From an uncultured delta proteobacterium (GTDB lineage Bacteria; Desulfobacterota; Binatia; UBA9968), in NCBI GenBank assembly GCA_963745035.1, contig CAVUVW010000027.1, positions 224,001-288,000 of the forward strand: 64,000 bases of DNA. The letters are read 5' to 3'. Position 1 is the stretch's first letter. The number at the start of each line of letters is the position of its first letter. The position numbers were made by a program, and so were the translations under genes. Positions 49,739 through 58,780 of this stretch are shown piece after piece. A model generated the notes under the pieces. That model was not told the origin of the DNA, made no database searches, and saw only the letters and a list, made by a program, of their open reading frames with translations.

Positions 49739-50188
49739 ATGGCGTGGAAGAAGCCGGCACCGTATACAAGAGGAACGCTGCGGCCCTTTTGGGATGGCCT
49801 GAAGGAGCGGCGGTTTCTTTTGCCCAGGTGTAACACCTGCGGCACCTGGTATTTTCCGCCGGCGTTTTGCAAGAACCACAAGAATGAGCCGTTCTTCGGC
49901 AGCCTGTCATGGACGGCGGCGAGCGGCCGCGGCAAAATCGTCGCATTCAATATTACCAAGACGGCTTTGCGCTCGGCGTTCAAAGACGACGTGCCTTACG
50001 TTTACGCGTTGATTCGCCTGGAAGAAGGGCCGATCATTTCCAGCAACATCATCAATTGCGAAGCCGGCTCGGTTTACATCGATATGCCGGTGAGCATTGT
50101 GTTTTGGAACATCGACGACTTGGACTGCACGATTCCTTACTTCGAGCCGGATCTTACGGCGGTCCAGGGCATTCCTGCACAGCCATGA
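49739..50188 (+). CDS. DUF35 Zn-ribbon/OB-fold protein (ChsH2-like)
   Basis: PFWDGL, CNTC, ASGRG, PYVYALIRLEEGP. Confidence 0.9.
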   Translation: MAWKKPAPYTRGTLRPFWDGLKERRFLLPRCNTCGTWYFPPAFCKNHKNEPFFGSLSWTAASGRGKIVAFNITKTALRSAFKDDVPYVYALIRLEEGPIISSNIINCEAGSVYIDMPVSIVFWNIDDLDCTIPYFEPDLTAVQGIPAQP

Positions 50189-52326
50189 GCGATTTCGATT
50201 GGAAGTCCGATCTCGCTCCGCTTCTCAATCCCCAATCCATCGCCCTAATCGGCGCCTCGGAAAATTCCGCATGGTCGAGCGCGCTCGTGCAAAATCTGCG
50301 CGAGCTCGGCTACGGCGGCAAACTCTATCCGATCAACCCAAAGCGCCAGGAGGTTTTCGGTCTCCCATGCTACCCGTCGGTCATCGACATTCCGGGGCCG
50401 GTGGATGCTTTTGTCATCGCGATTTCGCGGGATTTAATCCTGCCGGTGCTGCAAGAATGCGCGCGCAAGGAAATTCGCTCCGGCGTGATCATCTCGGCGG
50501 GCTTCGCCGAAGCTTCGGACGAAGGCAAGGCGATTCAACAGAAGATCGTCGATATCGCCATCGAGTCGAAGATGCGCGTCTGCGGCCCCAATAGTTTTGG
50601 CGTTGCCAATCTGCACGCACGCGTTTCGCTGATTGCCAGCTCCGAGGTCCGCTATCTGAAGTCCGGCGGCATTTCGCTGGTTTTTCAGAGCGGCGGTTTG
50701 CTCAACGCGGCGTTGCTTGCGGCTTGGGACCGGAGCTGGGGCGTAAACTGCACGGTTTCGTGCGGCAACGAAGCGGTGCTCAATATTGCCGATTATGCCG
50801 ATTACCTGATTCGTGACGAAAACACTCGCGTGCTTGGTATCCTCACCGAAGGCTTTAGGGATCCGGAGAAATTTCTGCGCGTGGCTAAGCTGGCAGCCGA
50901 GCTGCGCAAGCCGATGGTTGTCCTGAAACTCGGCAAGTCGGCGAAGGGCAAGCACGCGGCCCAGGCGCACACCGGAACCTTGGTTGGCTCGGACGCGGTT
51001 TATACCGCGGTCTGCAAGCAGCACGCGCTCACGCGCGTGGTCGATTTGGATGAATTTATCGAGACGGTCGAGTTGTTCTCCAAGTCGAAGAGATTGCGCG
51101 GTCATCGCGCCGCCGTGATCGTGCCCTCGGGAGCCGAATGCGGTTTGGTCGCCGATACAGCGGAAGACGCCGGGGTGGAGCTGCCGGAGTTGTCCGCGGC
51201 GACTGTAGAAAAGCTTTCGACGACCAAGTCGGATTACCTTTCCATTCGCAACCCGCTCAACGCGCCGGAGCGCTACGTCCGGCGCGGAGACGTCTTCAAG
51301 CAATGGATCCAGGCTCTAGTCGACGATGAAAACCTGGACATCGTCGGATTGAGGCTGCCTTTACCGAGGCGGCGCGAGGATGAAGATGTCATCGCTCGCT
51401 TTCGGGACTTGGCCGAGATTGCGCGTCGGACGGAAAAATTGATCGTGTTGTTTTCCCGCGCATCGATCAGCCTGCCGGAATATTGGCGCAGGCTTTTGGC
51501 CGAACATGAAATTCCATTTCTGCTGGAATACCGGCGCGGCTTCAGAGCGCTCAGGTCGCTGATCGACTATGAGCGGTTCTTGAACCGTGCGTGTGAGACG
51601 GCCAGTGAGATCGGCGGCGGTATCGATCGAGAAAAATGTGCACGTCTTCTTTCCGGCGGCGGAAAGTTGACTGAGCGACAAGGGAAGGAGTTTTTAGCTG
51701 CGTCCGGCATACCTGTCACACGCGAAGCGCTGGCGGGAAGCGAGGAAGAGGCCGCCGTCTTGGGCAAAAACATTGGCTACCCGGTGGTGCTCAAGATCGA
51801 ATCCACCGATATTGCACACAAGACCGAAGCCGGAGGGGTGAAAATTGGTATTCAAGACGAAGCCGCGCTACGCCTCGGGTATCAGGAGATTCTGCGCAAC
51901 GCTCAGTCTCATCAGCCGAACGCCATCATAGCTGGAGTGGTGGTCCAGGAAATGATCCGCGGCGGCAAAGAAATGATCGTCGGGATGAGCCGCGATCCAC
52001 AGTTTGGTCCGGTGATCGTGGTCGGTATCGGCGGTATCTTTGTCGAGGCGCTGCAAGACGTGGCGATGAGAGTTGCGCCTTTGACAAAAGGCGATGCGCT
52101 CGACATGCTCGGCGAGCTCAAGGGATACCGGCTGCTCCAGGGAATGCGCGGCGAGCCGGCAAGCGACATCGATGCGCTCGCCGAGGCGCTCTGCAGGTTC
52201 TCGCGGCTTGCGATGGGTGCGCCGGATGAGATCGCCGAAATCGATGTTAATCCGCTGGTGGTTCTCGAAGAGGGCAGGGGAGTTGTTGCGCTGGACTGTC
52301 TTATGACACGCAGGAGATCGGCGTGA
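50185..52326 (+). CDS. ADP-forming acyl-CoA synthetase (fused alpha/beta)
   Basis: SIALIGAS, GPNSFG, QSGG, AHTG phospho-His, YPVVLKI, HKTEAGGV, EIDVNPL. Confidence 0.9.
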   Translation: MSDFDWKSDLAPLLNPQSIALIGASENSAWSSALVQNLRELGYGGKLYPINPKRQEVFGLPCYPSVIDIPGPVDAFVIAISRDLILPVLQECARKEIRSGVIISAGFAEASDEGKAIQQKIVDIAIESKMRVCGPNSFGVANLHARVSLIASSEVRYLKSGGISLVFQSGGLLNAALLAAWDRSWGVNCTVSCGNEAVLNIADYADYLIRDENTRVLGILTEGFRDPEKFLRVAKLAAELRKPMVVLKLGKSAKGKHAAQAHTGTLVGSDAVYTAVCKQHALTRVVDLDEFIETVELFSKSKRLRGHRAAVIVPSGAECGLVADTAEDAGVELPELSAATVEKLSTTKSDYLSIRNPLNAPERYVRRGDVFKQWIQALVDDENLDIVGLRLPLPRRREDEDVIARFRDLAEIARRTEKLIVLFSRASISLPEYWRRLLAEHEIPFLLEYRRGFRALRSLIDYERFLNRACETASEIGGGIDREKCARLLSGGGKLTERQGKEFLAASGIPVTREALAGSEEEAAVLGKNIGYPVVLKIESTDIAHKTEAGGVKIGIQDEAALRLGYQEILRNAQSHQPNAIIAGVVVQEMIRGGKEMIVGMSRDPQFGPVIVVGIGGIFVEALQDVAMRVAPLTKGDALDMLGELKGYRLLQGMRGEPASDIDALAEALCRFSRLAMGAPDEIAEIDVNPLVVLEEGRGVVALDCLMTRRRSA

Positions 52327-53396
52327 AGATTGAAAAACTGACCTTTACTCCGCACCGTCTGAAACGACGCGGCCGCTGGCAGACCGCAAGTTATACGGCG
52401 GATTACGTCAACGTATTCTACGTCGAGATTCACACCGACCAGGGTGTCACCGGCCTGGGTGCCGGCTCGGTGATCCCCAACCTGCGTGGCGATCCGTTTC
52501 TGGACGGACTCGAGGCGGTCAAGGCCGCGACCAACGAGCTTTTCATCGGCAAGGATCCGCGGGAGATCGCTCCGCTATTCGCTTCGCTCCAGCGAGCTGT
52601 GCCTGGGTTCACGCGCCACAAGGCAGGGATCGAGCTTGGGCTGTTCGATTTGCTGGGCAAGCTATACGGCGTTTCGTTATCGACTTTGCTCGGCGGCGGC
52701 GCGCACGCGGCGATTCCCGCGCTCAAAATGCTCAGCATGGGCAGCGCCGCCGAAATGGCCGAGACGGCCGCCGCGTACGTTCAGCAGGGCTATCGCAATC
52801 TAAAACTGAAGCTCGGCACCGGCGCAGCCGGTGACCTGGAGCGTTTTCGGGCGGTGCGCAGCACGGTCGGCTCGGAGGTGACGCTGACGGTGGACTTCAA
52901 CGGCGCGTACGATGCCGCGGCGGCCACAGCCGTAATCAAGTCGTTGGAGCCGCTGGGAATGTTGCTGGTCGAACAGCCGGTCAAGGGCACGGATCTCGAC
53001 GGAATGGCGCAGGTCACGCGGGCGGTGGAAACCCCCGTTCTTGCCGATCAAGAAGTGCAGACGGCCGCCGAGGTTTATCAAATCGCGCGGGACCGGATTG
53101 CCGACGCGGTGAGCATCAAGCTGCTCAAGTTCGGCGGATTGCAGGAGAGCATCGCCGCCGCGCGCGTCTGCGCGGCGGCGGGGCTGCGCTGCCACGTCGG
53201 CGGCACGGCGTCATCGAGTGTGGTCGACGCCGCTCAGGTCCATTTCGTCAGCGCGACGGGTAATGTAGTGCTGCCCGCAGAAGTCGCGGAGTTTACCGCC
53301 TTGGATGGTGATCTGGTCGAAGGTTTGGAAGTGATCGACGGCGCCGTCCGTGTCCCCACCGGTCCTGGCCTCGGCGTCCGCTTGACAATTCAGTGA
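52323..53396 (+). CDS. Enolase superfamily enzyme (muconate cycloisomerase/Ala-Glu epimerase subgroup)
   Basis: KLK, DFN, EQP, DQE, IKLLKFGG, PTGPGLG. Confidence 0.88.
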   Translation: MKIEKLTFTPHRLKRRGRWQTASYTADYVNVFYVEIHTDQGVTGLGAGSVIPNLRGDPFLDGLEAVKAATNELFIGKDPREIAPLFASLQRAVPGFTRHKAGIELGLFDLLGKLYGVSLSTLLGGGAHAAIPALKMLSMGSAAEMAETAAAYVQQGYRNLKLKLGTGAAGDLERFRAVRSTVGSEVTLTVDFNGAYDAAAATAVIKSLEPLGMLLVEQPVKGTDLDGMAQVTRAVETPVLADQEVQTAAEVYQIARDRIADAVSIKLLKFGGLQESIAAARVCAAAGLRCHVGGTASSSVVDAAQVHFVSATGNVVLPAEVAEFTALDGDLVEGLEVIDGAVRVPTGPGLGVRLTIQ

Positions 53397-53418
53397 CAGG
53401 CAGAATTTGCGAAATAGA

Positions 53419-54426
53419 ATGTTCGCCCGTTCTTTTGTAACCATTCGTTTTTTCGCATCGGTTTGGTTGTTTTGTGCCAATGCGGCGTGGGGCGCCACCT
53501 CGGAGTTGATCGAAGGCGCTAAGCGCGAGCGCGAATTGGTGCTGTACGCTTCGCTGACCATCGAAGAAGCCAATGTCCTCCTGCCAAAATTCGAGGCGAA
53601 ATATCCCTTCCTGAAAGTTCAGTTCGTGCGCTCCGGCAGCGAAAGATTGTTGACGCGCGTGCTCGCCGAAGCGCGCGCGAAGAAGAGCTTCGCCGACGTG
53701 ATTCAGACCGTCGAGTTCAGCATGCACACGTTGAAGGTCAAAGGGATCCTGGGCCGCTATCAACCGGCCGAGGCCGGGGTTTACCCGAAGGATTTCAAGG
53801 AAGAAGATTTCTGGACGACGTTCTACTACCATCCGTACGTCGTCGCCTACAACAAAAAGCTTCTGCCGCAAGCGAATGTGCCAAAAACCTACCAGGATCT
53901 TTTACTGCCTGTGTGGAAAAACAAAATGATGATGGAGGGGACCAAGGTCGATTGGTTCGCCGGCATGCTGCAAATCATGGGCAGGGAAAGCGGCACGCAG
54001 TTCATGCGCGCGCTGGCGAAGCAAGATATCCTGCAGCGCACCGGCCATAGTCTGATCGCACAGCTGGTCGCGGCCGGAGAGGCCGTCTTCGATATCAATA
54101 TTCCGGTGGCGTCGGTCAATCGATTACGCGACGCCGGGGCGCCGATCGATTGGGTTGCGCTTGGTCCGGTGCCGGCGATCATGGTCGGAGCGGGAATCAC
54201 CGCGCAGCCGCTCCATCCGAATACCGCGCGCCTCTATATCGATTTCATCTTGTCCAAGGAAGGCCAGGCGATCATGCGCGGATTTCATCGGCTTTCGGCG
54301 CGCACGGACCTAGCGCACGAGCAAGCCGCGCTGCGAAAGGATTTGAGCATCGTGCCGGTGAATCCCAATCTCGCCGATCATATCGAGGAATACACCAAGC
54401 TGTTGCGCGAGACGTTTTCGAAGTAG
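53419..54426 (+). CDS. Extracellular solute-binding protein (AfuA-like)
   Basis: EGAKRERELVLY, FEAKYP, AYN, DLLLPVWK, ARLYIDFILSKEGQ. Confidence 0.88.
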   Translation: MFARSFVTIRFFASVWLFCANAAWGATSELIEGAKRERELVLYASLTIEEANVLLPKFEAKYPFLKVQFVRSGSERLLTRVLAEARAKKSFADVIQTVEFSMHTLKVKGILGRYQPAEAGVYPKDFKEEDFWTTFYYHPYVVAYNKKLLPQANVPKTYQDLLLPVWKNKMMMEGTKVDWFAGMLQIMGRESGTQFMRALAKQDILQRTGHSLIAQLVAAGEAVFDINIPVASVNRLRDAGAPIDWVALGPVPAIMVGAGITAQPLHPNTARLYIDFILSKEGQAIMRGFHRLSARTDLAHEQAALRKDLSIVPVNPNLADHIEEYTKLLRETFSK

Positions 54427-54471
54427 GAATGACGACGGATAGTTGACTACGAAGGGCACGAAGGCTCGATA

Positions 54472-54498
54472 TAGAGGCGGGTTGAAACCCGCCCCTAC
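54472..54498. repeat. GTAG-type REP hairpin
   Basis: Minus strand GTAGGGGCGGGTTTCAACCCGCCTCTA. Confidence 0.7.
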
Positions 54499-54551
54499 GA
54501 AGTGCGGTGTATCGCCGCCGGGATTTAGATTTTCCATTCAGGGAGATATTC

Positions 54552-55271
54552 ATGAAAACTGATTTGTCTTTGGCGCGCAAAGTGGCGTTGTCCTGCCGTA
54601 TTCTCGCCAAGCTCGGCATGTTCAAAGAGACCACCGGCCATGTGAGCGCGCGTCTTGGAAACGCCCACATGCTCATCCGCGGCCGCGGACCGAAGGAGAC
54701 TGGGCTGCTTTTCACAAAGTCGAGCGACGTCCTAGTCGCCGATCTCGACGGGCGCAATCAGGACAAAAAAGCCGGGCTCAAGCCGCCCAACGAAGCTGTC
54801 ATCCACGGTGAAATCTACAAAGCGCGACCGCATGCGGCGGCCGTCGTCCACGCTCATCCGCCGTCCGTGGTGCTTTGCAGTATGGCCGGCATCGAGCTCA
54901 GGCCGATTTTTGGCGGCTACGATCCCAACAGCATGCGGCTTGCGCTGAAGGGGATCCCTGTCTATCCGCGCACTCTCACCTTGAATACCGTCGAGCAGGT
55001 TCATGCGATGCAGAAGGTGATGGGGGAGAGCGATATTTGTGTTTTACGCGGTCACGGGTTGATCGTCGCCGGCGCCAGTGTGGAGCACGCGACGTTGACG
55101 GCGATTAAGTTGGACACCTTGGCAAAGATGAATCTCCAGGCAGCGTCGCTGGGAAAAGTTCCATCCATTCCGGACGAAGACATCACTGAATTCAACAATC
55201 GCGACGGAAAGGGCAACAGCTCGGTGGAGGGTTTGTGGAGGTACTATTGCGAGTGGCTGGTGAAAGGCTGA
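54552..55271 (+). CDS. Class II aldolase/adducin family protein (3,4-dihydroxyphthalate decarboxylase PhtC-like)
   Basis: GHVSAR, IRGRGP, EAVIHGEIY, VVHAHP, LRGHG. Confidence 0.82.
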   Translation: MKTDLSLARKVALSCRILAKLGMFKETTGHVSARLGNAHMLIRGRGPKETGLLFTKSSDVLVADLDGRNQDKKAGLKPPNEAVIHGEIYKARPHAAAVVHAHPPSVVLCSMAGIELRPIFGGYDPNSMRLALKGIPVYPRTLTLNTVEQVHAMQKVMGESDICVLRGHGLIVAGASVEHATLTAIKLDTLAKMNLQAASLGKVPSIPDEDITEFNNRDGKGNSSVEGLWRYYCEWLVKG

Positions 55272-55332
55272 TCCTTGCAACCGTATTCGGCAGATGGTTA
55301 GGTGATCGAAATCTTTGCGCCCGGGGAGCCTC

Positions 55333-56259
55333 ATGAACGTTCACCGTCGAACTGTAATTAAGGCTGGACTCACGTTAGGCGCCGGCATGATGCTGCGGCC
55401 TGACGCAATTTTTGCTCAATCCCAATCTCTGCTCCAGAAGAAAATCCCCTCATCGGGCGAAAGCATCCCGATCATCGGCATCGGCACGGCGCGCCGCTAC
55501 GAAGATGTCAAAAACGATGCGGAGAAAGGTCCGCTGCGGGAAACGATCCGGCAGTTCCAAGCGCTTGGCGGCAAGGTGATTGACAGCTCGCCGTCCTACG
55601 GCACGGCGGAAGCAGTGGTGGGCGAGCTGGCGGACGGACTCAAAGTGGGCGACTCGCTTTTTCTCGCGACCAAAGTCAGCCTGCGTAACGTCGGTCGCGA
55701 AGAAGGGATCAAACAGATTGAAGAGTCGTTCAAAAAACTACGCACGAGCAAGATCGATCTAATCGCGGTACACAATCTGCGCGATACCGACACCCAACTG
55801 CGCACTTTGCGCGAGATGAAGAAAGCCGGGCGCATCCGCTACGTCGGCGTGACCACTTCGTTCGACAATCAGTACGGGGAATTCGAGCAGGTGATGAAGA
55901 AAGAAACCCTCGACTTCATCCAGGTCGACTATGCGCTCGACAATCGGGATGCCGGCGAGCGCATCATTCCGCTCGCCGGCGACCGCGGCATGGCGGTGAT
56001 GATCAATCTGCCGTTCGGGCGCGGGCGCTTATTCAAGGCGGTCCAGGGCAAGAAGCTGCCCGAATGGGCGAGCGAGTTCGATTGTCAGTCGTGGCCGCAA
56101 TTTTTTCTCAAGTACATCGTGTCTCACTCGGCGATCACCTGCGCGGTTCCCGGCATGGCGCGCCCAGAGTACGTCGTCGACAACCTGGGTGCAGCGCGCG
56201 GCCGTCTGCCCGACGGCGCCATGCGGCGCAAGATGGAGCAGTTCATCGACGGTGTTTGA
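55333..56259 (+). CDS. Aldo/keto reductase with Tat signal peptide
   Basis: HRRTVIK leader; IGIGT, DSSPSYG, FLATKV, VHNL, RYVGVT. Confidence 0.9.
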   Translation: MNVHRRTVIKAGLTLGAGMMLRPDAIFAQSQSLLQKKIPSSGESIPIIGIGTARRYEDVKNDAEKGPLRETIRQFQALGGKVIDSSPSYGTAEAVVGELADGLKVGDSLFLATKVSLRNVGREEGIKQIEESFKKLRTSKIDLIAVHNLRDTDTQLRTLREMKKAGRIRYVGVTTSFDNQYGEFEQVMKKETLDFIQVDYALDNRDAGERIIPLAGDRGMAVMINLPFGRGRLFKAVQGKKLPEWASEFDCQSWPQFFLKYIVSHSAITCAVPGMARPEYVVDNLGAARGRLPDGAMRRKMEQFIDGV

Positions 56260-56283
56260 AGTACGAAGACGCGCGGGTGAAGA

Positions 56284-57621
56284 GTGAGCGGTGAGCCGGG
56301 GGAGGCGTCCGGCGTTCCTGAGCCCGGCGGCTTAGCGCACCGTTTGCTAAGCCGTTTCATCGAAGTGCGTCCCGCCGAGCTGCGCGCTTTAGGCTGGGCG
56401 TGGCTCTACATATTCTCAGTTCTTTTTTCCTATTACATTCTACGGCCGATCCGCGATGAAATGGGCGTGGCCGGCGGAGTGGAGAATCTCCAGTGGCTCT
56501 TCACCGGCACCTTGCTCGGCATGATCGCGGTCAATCCGCCGTTTGCCGCTCTGGTGTCGCGCTTGTCACGGACGGCCTTTATCTCCATCACCTACCGGTT
56601 TTTCCTTGCCAATCTGCTGCTTTTTGCCGTGCTTCTGCACGTCGCGAGCGCCGAGCAGAATATCTGGATCGGCCGGATGTTTTTCATTTGGGCGTCTATT
56701 TTTAATCTCTTCGTGGTCTCGGTTTTTTGGGCCTTGATGGTCGATGTGTTCAACGCCGAGCAGGGGAAACGGCTATTCGGCTTCATCGCTGCGGGCGCGA
56801 CTCTTGGCGGCATCGTCGGTTCGAGCTTGACCGCGGCCCTCGCCACGCAAGTACCGGCCACCTACCTTCTGTTCGGCTCGGCGCTGCTGCTCGAGGCTGC
56901 GGTATTTTGCGTGCGGCGGCTTTCTCGGTTGTCCGCTGCATTGCAGCGACGGCCGGCGACGCTCGGCGACGGCGCGCCCATCGGCGGCTCGGTGTTCGGC
57001 GGTCTCAAGCATGCGCTCGCCTCCCCGTACTTGATCCAGGTGAGCGTGTACATCGTGCTCTTCGCCGTTACGTCGACCTTTCTCTATTTCCAGCAGGCAG
57101 AGATCGCCAGACAAAGCTTTGCCGATCGCGGCGCGCGCACTGCGTTCTTTGCCAGGGTCGATCTGTGGGTGAATGTTCTCACGCTCGGCGCGCAGATCTT
57201 CCTGACCGCGCGCATGCTGCGCTGGGTGGGGGTCGCGGCGACTCTCGGCGCGCTGCCGCTGATCAGCATGATCGGCTTCGGAACTTTGGCGCTCCTGCCG
57301 ACGATCGCCGTTCTGGTCGCCTATCAGGTGCTCCGGCGCGCCGGCAATTTCGCTTTTGCGCGGCCGACACGCGAAGTTCTGTTCACTGTCGTGCCGCGCG
57401 AAGACAAATACAAAGCCAAGAGCTTCATCGACACGGTGGTCTACCGGCTCGGCGATCAAGTCGGCGCCTGGTCCTACGCCGGATTGGGTCTACTGGGATT
57501 GGCGCTGGCCGGTATCGCCTGGGTTGCGGTGCCGCTGTCGCTGGTTTGGCTGATGAACGCGCTGTGGCTTGGTAGGAGGCAGAATTCACTCCAAGCGAAG
57601 CAGGCCGCGGAATCGAGTTGA
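56284..57621 (+). CDS. MFS transporter, TLC/NTT (AAA family)-like
   Basis: YYILRPIRDEMG, FVVSVFW, KRLFG, KYKAKSFIDT. Confidence 0.88.
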   Translation: MSGEPGEASGVPEPGGLAHRLLSRFIEVRPAELRALGWAWLYIFSVLFSYYILRPIRDEMGVAGGVENLQWLFTGTLLGMIAVNPPFAALVSRLSRTAFISITYRFFLANLLLFAVLLHVASAEQNIWIGRMFFIWASIFNLFVVSVFWALMVDVFNAEQGKRLFGFIAAGATLGGIVGSSLTAALATQVPATYLLFGSALLLEAAVFCVRRLSRLSAALQRRPATLGDGAPIGGSVFGGLKHALASPYLIQVSVYIVLFAVTSTFLYFQQAEIARQSFADRGARTAFFARVDLWVNVLTLGAQIFLTARMLRWVGVAATLGALPLISMIGFGTLALLPTIAVLVAYQVLRRAGNFAFARPTREVLFTVVPREDKYKAKSFIDTVVYRLGDQVGAWSYAGLGLLGLALAGIAWVAVPLSLVWLMNALWLGRRQNSLQAKQAAESS

Positions 57622-57760
57622 TGGCCCGATCGTGCCATCGATCCTGATGGTTCGCACCGCATGCGCCTCCGGCGAACAATCTAGGCTGTTCGCCCGATTC
57701 CTCCTCCGGTTTTGTCTCGATTTGAATAGCGCGCGCGAGAGCTTTAATAGTTTTCAGTGA

Positions 57761-58012
57761 GTGAAGATCATCATTGATATCGGATTGGACATTTACACTC
57801 GGTTGTTGGAAAAACTCGACGTCGCCGGGCAAGAATTCAAGAGCCTCAAGCAAGACTTCGTGGTCATGGGAGGCCAGAAATCGGAAGGCGGCGAACTTCG
57901 TCTTACGGTCGTCGGCGATTTAGAGAAAGCCAAAACTCTGCTCGAGTTCGCGATGCGCAATCTGCCTGAAGCCGCGCCTTCCATTGCCAGCGCGATCAAC
58001 AGGGTGTCGTAA
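57761..58012 (+). CDS. Hypothetical small protein
   Basis: 83-aa ORF with plausible composition filling an intergenic gap. Confidence 0.45.
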   Translation: MKIIIDIGLDIYTRLLEKLDVAGQEFKSLKQDFVVMGGQKSEGGELRLTVVGDLEKAKTLLEFAMRNLPEAAPSIASAINRVS

Positions 58013-58060
58013 ATTCGTCTGGCGGGAAAGAATCGGCGGAGCTGGATTCGGCGGGCCCGA

Positions 58061-58597
58061 CTAGCCTTTGGCGGCGGTGAGCTCGATGTCGATATTTTCT
58101 TCTCGTTGGATTTCGCTAAAGCGCTGGCGCAACTGATTGATGTTGGTGCGCGTCGGCACCGCGAGATTCGCTTCGAGCTGAAAAATCGGCGTGCCGCTCA
58201 CCGGCGCGGAATAGGTCCTGGTTTCCATCGATTCGATGTTCACCCCGGCGCCGCTCAGGACCGCGCTGATCTGGTAGACGATGCCGGGATGATCCATGCA
58301 GGAAGCCGTGAGCCTGTAGGGTAGAAACGACGGCGGCGCGCTGCGGGTGGACGGCGTCTTGATGGAGATCGCAAGGCCGGTCTCGGTCTCGATCTCGCGA
58401 TAGTCGCGGCCGATTTTCACCAGATTGGCGCTCTCGCCGCTGATCAAAACGATCACCGCGAACTCGCCGCAAAACACCGCCATCTTGCTGTCTTCGATGT
58501 TGCAGCCGCGGCGCGAGATGAACTCGGCGATTTTTTGCACCAGCCCGACCTGGTCCGGTCCGACCGCGGTGAGAATCAAATGTTCTTTGTCGGCCAT
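58061..58597 (-). CDS. gcvR: GcvR-like double ACT-domain protein
   Basis: LTAVGPDQVGLV, CNIEDSKM, DHPGIV, NIESM. Confidence 0.8.
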   Translation of the reverse strand: MADKEHLILTAVGPDQVGLVQKIAEFISRRGCNIEDSKMAVFCGEFAVIVLISGESANLVKIGRDYREIETETGLAISIKTPSTRSAPPSFLPYRLTASCMDHPGIVYQISAVLSGAGVNIESMETRTYSAPVSGTPIFQLEANLAVPTRTNINQLRQRFSEIQREENIDIELTAAKG

Positions 58598-58617
58598 GGC
58601 AATAAGAGTAGAAGACT

Positions 58618-58654
58618 CGTTCAAATCGTTCAAGCCGTTCAAATCGTTCAAAAC
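58618..58654. repeat. 9-bp tandem repeat CGTTCAAnn x4
   Basis: cgttcaaat cgttcaagc cgttcaaat cgttcaaaa. Confidence 0.8.
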
Positions 58655-58676
58655 GTCGGACCGACTACGCGGGTTT

Positions 58677-58765
58677 GGAGTGATGGAGAACTGGAGTGTT
58701 GGAGTAGTGGGTCGGAAAACTTCCGAAAACCATCACTCCGTTACTCCAATACTCCATCACTCCAA
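58677..58765. repeat. Inverted 8-bp repeat arrays (GGAGT / ACTCC)
   Basis: ggagtgatggagaactggagtgttggagtagt...catcactccgttactccaatactccatcactcc. Confidence 0.8.
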
Positions 58766-58780
58766 TTCTTCACCAGTGTG

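Noticed and set aside
49909-50184. N-terminal extension of the 805-aa CoA ligase ORF
   Set aside because: Overlaps the DUF35 gene. The true start is ATG 50185, coupled to the DUF35 stop (ATGA).
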